Source: Aliivibrio fischeri ES114 (GTDB taxonomy: Bacteria > Pseudomonadota > Gammaproteobacteria > Enterobacterales > Vibrionaceae). From it: 32,000 nucleotides of DNA. Each line of letters starts with the position of its first letter. Within the stretch, counting starts at the first letter, position 1. The stretch lies in the NCBI RefSeq assembly GCF_000011805.1, contig NC_006841.2. One strand, 5' to 3'. The position numbers were made by a program, and so were the translations under genes. This document shows, piece by piece, positions 27,833 through 32,000 of this stretch. Below the pieces are notes generated by a model. The model searched no databases. It was not told where the DNA came from and saw only the letters and a list, made by a program, of their open reading frames with translations.

Positions 27833-28484
27833 GAATGGTCTCTAGTCTTGGAATATCAAAATCTTTATCAATGGCGTTTCTTATGGTGTACAAGTGGCTT
27901 CTTAGGGCATCACTTGATGGTGATTCATCACCCCAAACGTGTTCAATGACTTCATTTTTACTAACAATATCAGGTGCTTTTTTCATTAATAACGCAATGA
28001 TTTTTAATTGTATCGGCGCTAATTTAATGAGTTTTTGTTGGCGATATAACGTGCCTGCTTTTACATCCATTTCCATGTCTTCAAAGGTCAGTTTACCTAT
28101 GTCAGTTCTTCTGCCTCGTTTAGATAAAGCTAATAAGCGTACGTGAAGTTCTTCCATGGCAAACGGTTTAACTAAATAATCATCACCACCGACTTCAAAA
28201 GCATGAATCTTATCTTCTAATGTATCTTTAGCGGTTAAAAAAAGAATAGGCGTGCTACAAGCATAATCATTACGCAGAACTTCAACGGTACTAATACCGT
28301 CGAGCTTGGGCATCATGATATCCATGACAATAACATCAAAGGTTTCTTCTTTTAATATTTCGATGGCCGCTGCACCGTGATAAGCACAGTCAATGTCAAT
28401 TCCAACAAGTTCTAAATAATCAGCAATGGTTTCTGCTACATGGTGATTATCTTCAACAATCAATACTTTCATCTTCTTCTTCAC
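27807..28484 (-). CDS. OmpR-family response regulator
   Basis: Receiver domain (VLIVEDNHHVAET, DVIVMDIMMPKLDG, LFLTAKD, GGDDYLVKPF) and winged-helix output (LETIHGKGYRLK). Overlaps the kinase gene by 26 bp. Confidence 0.96.
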   Translation of the reverse strand: MKKKMKVLIVEDNHHVAETIADYLELVGIDIDCAYHGAAAIEILKEETFDVIVMDIMMPKLDGISTVEVLRNDYACSTPILFLTAKDTLEDKIHAFEVGGDDYLVKPFAMEELHVRLLALSKRGRRTDIGKLTFEDMEMDVKAGTLYRQQKLIKLAPIQLKIIALLMKKAPDIVSKNEVIEHVWGDESPSSDALRSHLYTIRNAIDKDFDIPRLETIHGKGYRLK

Positions 28485-28553
28485 GAATCCTTCACACTCT
28501 GTACGCTATTTTACCCTCATAAATTGCATTAAATATAATAATTAGGTTAAAAA

Positions 28554-29438
28554 ATGAAGAAAGTTGCTGTTTTATTATTAGGAAGTATGGTTTTAACGGG
28601 TTGTGGTTCTGATGAATCAAGTGATAGCCACGCATCAAGTACTTATATGGGGGAGATTGAGTCTGTTAATGCTCATGCTGATTCAATGACGGTTAATGCT
28701 ATGCCATTGAGCTTATCAAGCGCACAAATTGAGCTTAATGGCCATCGAGTTAGCTCATCTGAGCTTGAAATTGGTATGCAAGTTGATGTTGAATATGATG
28801 ATGATATTGCATACGAGGTGGATATTGATCCTGAAATTGTAGGTATCGTTTCTGAGGTTACAGCCAATACCATTAAAGTTAACGGTCAAGTTTTGAATAC
28901 AGCAAAAGATTTTACAGTAAATAACTTTAAAGGAAAAAGAGTGATGCTGTTTGGTTATGCGGATCAAAATGGAAATTGGACTATTAACTCTGCTTATGAA
29001 ATAGGTTCGATTCCTGTACAGGATTTATACGAAGGTAAGATTACCTCAACTCCAACGTTAAGTTCTTTTAATATTGGGACAATGAACATTAATTATTCGA
29101 ATGCTGATATTGACTCGGATGAGCTTCATAAGTTGAAACAAGGTGTTTGGGTCGAGATTGAAGGCTCTTATGATGAAACTTCTAAAGTTTTTACTGCTTA
29201 TGATGTCGATGTTGAAGATGATTTAGATTTAGCAAATGCGGAAGTAGAAGGTTACGTTACAGCATTAAATCATGATAAAACACTAATGACGCTAAACGGA
29301 AAAACCGATGTTGTTATTACTGAAAACACTCGTTTTGAAGATGGCATTAAAGATGAATTGAAAATTGGCTCTCGAGTTGATGTTGATTTGATAAATAATG
29401 CAGGTCAACTGCAAGCATCAGAAATTGAATTTGATTAA
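28554..29438 (+). CDS. DUF5666-like lipoprotein with repeated OB/SH3-like beta modules
   Basis: Lipobox LLLGSMVLTGCGSD; recurring modules (YMGEIESVNAHADSMTVNAMPL; YEGKITSTPTLSSFNIGTMNI; VEGYVTALNHDKTLMTLNGKT), each followed by an ...G..V.V...-type segment. Confidence 0.8.
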   Translation: MKKVAVLLLGSMVLTGCGSDESSDSHASSTYMGEIESVNAHADSMTVNAMPLSLSSAQIELNGHRVSSSELEIGMQVDVEYDDDIAYEVDIDPEIVGIVSEVTANTIKVNGQVLNTAKDFTVNNFKGKRVMLFGYADQNGNWTINSAYEIGSIPVQDLYEGKITSTPTLSSFNIGTMNINYSNADIDSDELHKLKQGVWVEIEGSYDETSKVFTAYDVDVEDDLDLANAEVEGYVTALNHDKTLMTLNGKTDVVITENTRFEDGIKDELKIGSRVDVDLINNAGQLQASEIEFD

Positions 29439-29453
29439 TTTGTGAAAATATAG

Positions 29454-29477
29454 AAAACCACTGGCTTTCATGAGTCA
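29454..29477. terminator. intrinsic terminator after the lipoprotein gene
   Basis: AAAACCACTGGCT-ttcatg-AGTCAGTGGTTTTTT (one G:U-type position), followed by a T run. Confidence 0.85.
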
Positions 29478-29581
29478 GTGGTTTTTTGTTTTTATGGGTA
29501 ATATAAAAAATAAGTCATCATTAATGCTTAATTAGCGTTACTATTTAGTTAGATATTGATGAGTATAAAGAAGGAAACACA

Positions 29582-30490
29582 ATGGCTGGGTTAAGTTTAT
29601 TAACACTATTAGACGATATCGCTTCAGTTCTTGATGATGTGGCATTGATGTCCAAAGTTGCAGCAAAGAAAACAGCAGGTGTTTTAGGGGATGATTTAGC
29701 GCTTAATGCACAGCAAGTTTCGGGAGTTAGAGCTGAGCGTGAGATCCCTGTTGTATGGGGCGTAGCAAAAGGCTCGCTCAAAAATAAATGTATTTTAGTT
29801 CCTGCTGCGTTATTAATTAGCTCAATCGCTCCTTGGTTAATTACACCATTATTATTAATTGGCGGTTTATTTTTGTGCTTTGAAGGGGCAGAAAAAGTTC
29901 ATGAGAAGTTTTTTGAACATCATGATGCGCAAAAGGAACATAAGAAAGAGAAAGAAACGAATCCAGAAGACATTGCCGATTATGAACAAAAGAAAATTAA
30001 AGGGGCGGTTCGTACTGACTTTATTCTTTCAGCTGAAATTATTGTGATTGCATTAGGTACAGTGCAAGGGCATCCATTTTTAACACAAGTATTGGTCATG
30101 AGTTTAATTGCGGTATTAATGACGATTGGTGTTTATGGCTTAGTTGCAGGTATTGTCAAAATGGATGATCTTGGGTTTTACTTACAACGAAAAAGTGAAG
30201 GTAAAGGCGTTATTGGTTCTATTGGTAATGGGTTAGTAGCAATGGCACCTAAGCTTATGAAATTACTGACGGTTGTTGGTACCATTGCTATGTTTTTAGT
30301 CGGTGGTGGTATTGTGGTACATAGCCTTCCATTTGTTCATCATGCACTAGAAAGTGTGACGAATCTGCTTCCTTCTATTCCTTATGTGTCTGCAACATAT
30401 CCAACGATTGGGAATGGATTTATTGGATTATTTAGTGGTTTTCTTTTGCTCTTTATTATGGCTATGTATCAAAAAGTAAAATCAAAATAA
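29582..30490 (+). CDS. DUF808/YedI family membrane protein
   Basis: MAGLSLLTLLDDIASVLDDVALMSKVAAKKTAGVLGDDLALNAQQVSG...REIPVVWGVAKGSLKNK characteristic N-terminus and several TM segments. Confidence 0.92.
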   Translation: MAGLSLLTLLDDIASVLDDVALMSKVAAKKTAGVLGDDLALNAQQVSGVRAEREIPVVWGVAKGSLKNKCILVPAALLISSIAPWLITPLLLIGGLFLCFEGAEKVHEKFFEHHDAQKEHKKEKETNPEDIADYEQKKIKGAVRTDFILSAEIIVIALGTVQGHPFLTQVLVMSLIAVLMTIGVYGLVAGIVKMDDLGFYLQRKSEGKGVIGSIGNGLVAMAPKLMKLLTVVGTIAMFLVGGGIVVHSLPFVHHALESVTNLLPSIPYVSATYPTIGNGFIGLFSGFLLLFIMAMYQKVKSK

Positions 30491-30492
30491 TA

Positions 30493-30867
30493 CTATTGAT
30501 CGTCTGTAAACTTAATAGCGATGGCTTCGGCGTTACCGCGTTCGAAGCCTGTATTTCCACCACCTTTTAATCCCCAAGTTCCTTCCTGTGATGCTCTAAC
30601 AATAATAGCGTCAGCACCCAACTTTTCAGCTTCATCCTGTAGTTTTGCAACCATTCCTTCGTTACTTCTATCGTGAAAAATTGTTTGGCCAGTTTGGGTA
30701 TTAATGATCCCGAGTTCAGTGTAGGTTCTCTCTGTTGGAGGACTATAGAAAACTTCTACAGGATGGGTATTCACGGAATTTTGATTGGTTACAGTTGTCG
30801 TCTTTGCACAACCAAAAAGGAATAGGCTTGAGATGATAACGAGAGATTTAATAAAAAATGATTTCAT
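30493..30867 (-). CDS. small lipoprotein, unknown function
   Basis: Lipobox IISSLFLFGCAKT and a compact C-terminal domain (TYTELGIINTQTG...LGADAIIVRA). Confidence 0.75.
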   Translation of the reverse strand: MKSFFIKSLVIISSLFLFGCAKTTTVTNQNSVNTHPVEVFYSPPTERTYTELGIINTQTGQTIFHDRSNEGMVAKLQDEAEKLGADAIIVRASQEGTWGLKGGGNTGFERGNAEAIAIKFTDDQ

Positions 30868-30973
30868 ATTTGCCTCTGTAGTTTTAAAAGAGAAACAAGC
30901 CGATGCATGGAATCACCGGTTGTTTGAGGGATTGACGTAAACCTATATTAATTAATGTTCATGTACCGCTTCA

Positions 30974-31011
30974 TAAAGCTTAGCATCGTTCCGCTTTAAG
31001 TAAGCTTTATC
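30974..31011. repeat. inverted repeat upstream of the LysR-type gene
   Basis: ATAAAGCTTA (30974-30983) ... TAAGCTTTAT (31002-31011), perfect 10-bp arms, 18-bp spacer. Confidence 0.7.
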
Positions 31012-31132
31012 TTCAGTATTGATCTACATATTAAAGAAATTGGTGCGTTTAAAAAGAGAGAGCACACTATACTAACTATTTATAATATAAATGTATTGGT
31101 GCGCTATTTAAGTGCAAGTAAGGGAGTTGATG

Positions 31133-32000
31133 ATGTCAAAACAAAAAGATTTTGATATGAATCTATTACGGGTTTTTGTGTCCGTATGTCAAACAGGTTC
31201 GTTTACTAAAGCATCAGAAGAGTTAGATTTAACACAATCCTCTGTAAGTAATGCTATTCGCCGTTTAAAAAAGGCATTAGGCAACGAGTTATTTACGAGA
31301 TCTGGACGTGGTATCGAGATGACGGCTTTTGGAAAACACTTTTTTGAATCTGTGGAGCCGTCCGTTATGTCTCTAGTGAATATCATTGGTCGAGATGATA
31401 GGTTTGAGCCTTTGACATCGTCACGAAATTTTATTGTGTATGCTTTAGAGTCTGCATTACCGCGTCTGCAAATACGTTTAAGAGAGTTACTAAAGGATAG
31501 CAATATTACAGTGACGTTAAAGGAGCTTCCTAGCAATGAAGAAGAAACATTTGATGCATTGATGCGTGAAAAAGTGGATTTGGTACTTGATGTGATGAAA
31601 CCGCATCAATCTTCTTTAAAAAGTGTGATTGTTTCTGAAGATGCCGCTTGTTGCATCGCACGTATTGGACACCCTCGAATACTTGGAGAAATGACTCATG
31701 AATAGTATTTTAATGAGGCTCATGCATTTCTAAATATGCGAAGAGTAAAACAAACGATTACGGAATATTTAGCTAAAGAAGAACTACCAAAAAGAACTAT
31801 GGGGAGCGAACATACGTCCATGCTTGGTATGATGGCTTGTGTTTCTCAATCTGATTTTGTTGGTGTTAACTCTGTTCGATTAGTTTCACAATATAAAGAA
31901 CAATTTAAATTGCAAATGTTGCCATTACCTTTCTCAACACGTACAACTTCAATTCATATGATTTGGTCCATAAAGTCGCAAAGCAATAGTGCAAATCAAT
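31133..32000 (+). pseudogene. LysR-family regulator (LeuO-like architecture) interrupted by an in-frame TAG; right end outside the window
   Basis: HTH DMNLLRVFVSVCQTGSFTKASEELDLTQSSVSNAIRRLKKALGNELFTR; stop TAG at 31703-31705. The same frame continues open for 98 codons to the window edge with effector-domain-like sequence YFNEAHAFLNMRRVKQTITEYLAKEELPKRTMGSEHTSMLGMMACVSQSDFVGVNSVRLVSQYKEQFKLQMLPLPF. Confidence 0.8.

Noticed and set aside
28673-28967. Minus-strand ORFs inside the lipoprotein gene
   Set aside because: Shadow ORFs of a supported CDS.
29859-30047. 62-aa plus-strand ORF within the DUF808 gene
   Set aside because: Out-of-frame product of a recognisable CDS; Lys/Arg-rich composition comes from the shifted frame.
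30894-30929. AAACAAGCCG...CGGTTGTTT imperfect inverted repeat upstream of the small lipoprotein
   Set aside because: Needs a bulged base and a long spacer; not distinguishable from chance by eye.
1-32000. Search for CRISPR arrays, toxin-antitoxin pairs, retron/DGR elements, prophage or IS elements
   Set aside because: By eye I found no regularly spaced repeats, reverse transcriptase, transposase, integrase or paired short toxin/antitoxin genes. The XRE gene at 15425 has no partner gene.

Overview
Window from a Vibrionaceae-like chromosome (Aliivibrio/Vibrio-type gene content and low GC; taxonomy is inference). It is gene-dense and mostly recognisable: a partial EAL-domain protein at the left edge, an MCP, the glpACB operon, a large fused formate-dehydrogenase-like enzyme, pepT, an XRE-type and an AraC-type regulator, a YjbR/MmcQ protein, a stand-alone malate-synthase-G-like domain divergent from a RamB/ScfR-like regulator, two paralogous ToxR-like membrane regulators about 15 kb apart, a KefC-type antiporter with its KefF/KefG-type partner, an SMR transporter, an S4-domain protein, ycbX, a two-component system divergent from a DUF5666-like lipoprotein, a DUF808 membrane protein, a small lipoprotein, and a LysR gene broken by an in-frame TAG at the right edge. 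I see no rRNA/tRNA, CRISPR array, IS element, phage module or known defence system. The best leads are: (1) the orphan malate synthase G fragment beside a short-chain-acyl-type regulator; (2) the paired orphan ToxR-like regulators with a shared periplasmic CX6C motif; (3) the 1387-aa 2Fe-2S/GltD/FdhF fusion with Cys in place of Sec; (4) a 34-bp near-perfect palindrome overlapping a second inverted repeat upstream of the AraC gene; (5) a G8 tract directly before the AraC start codon. None of these is demonstrated to be a new system.
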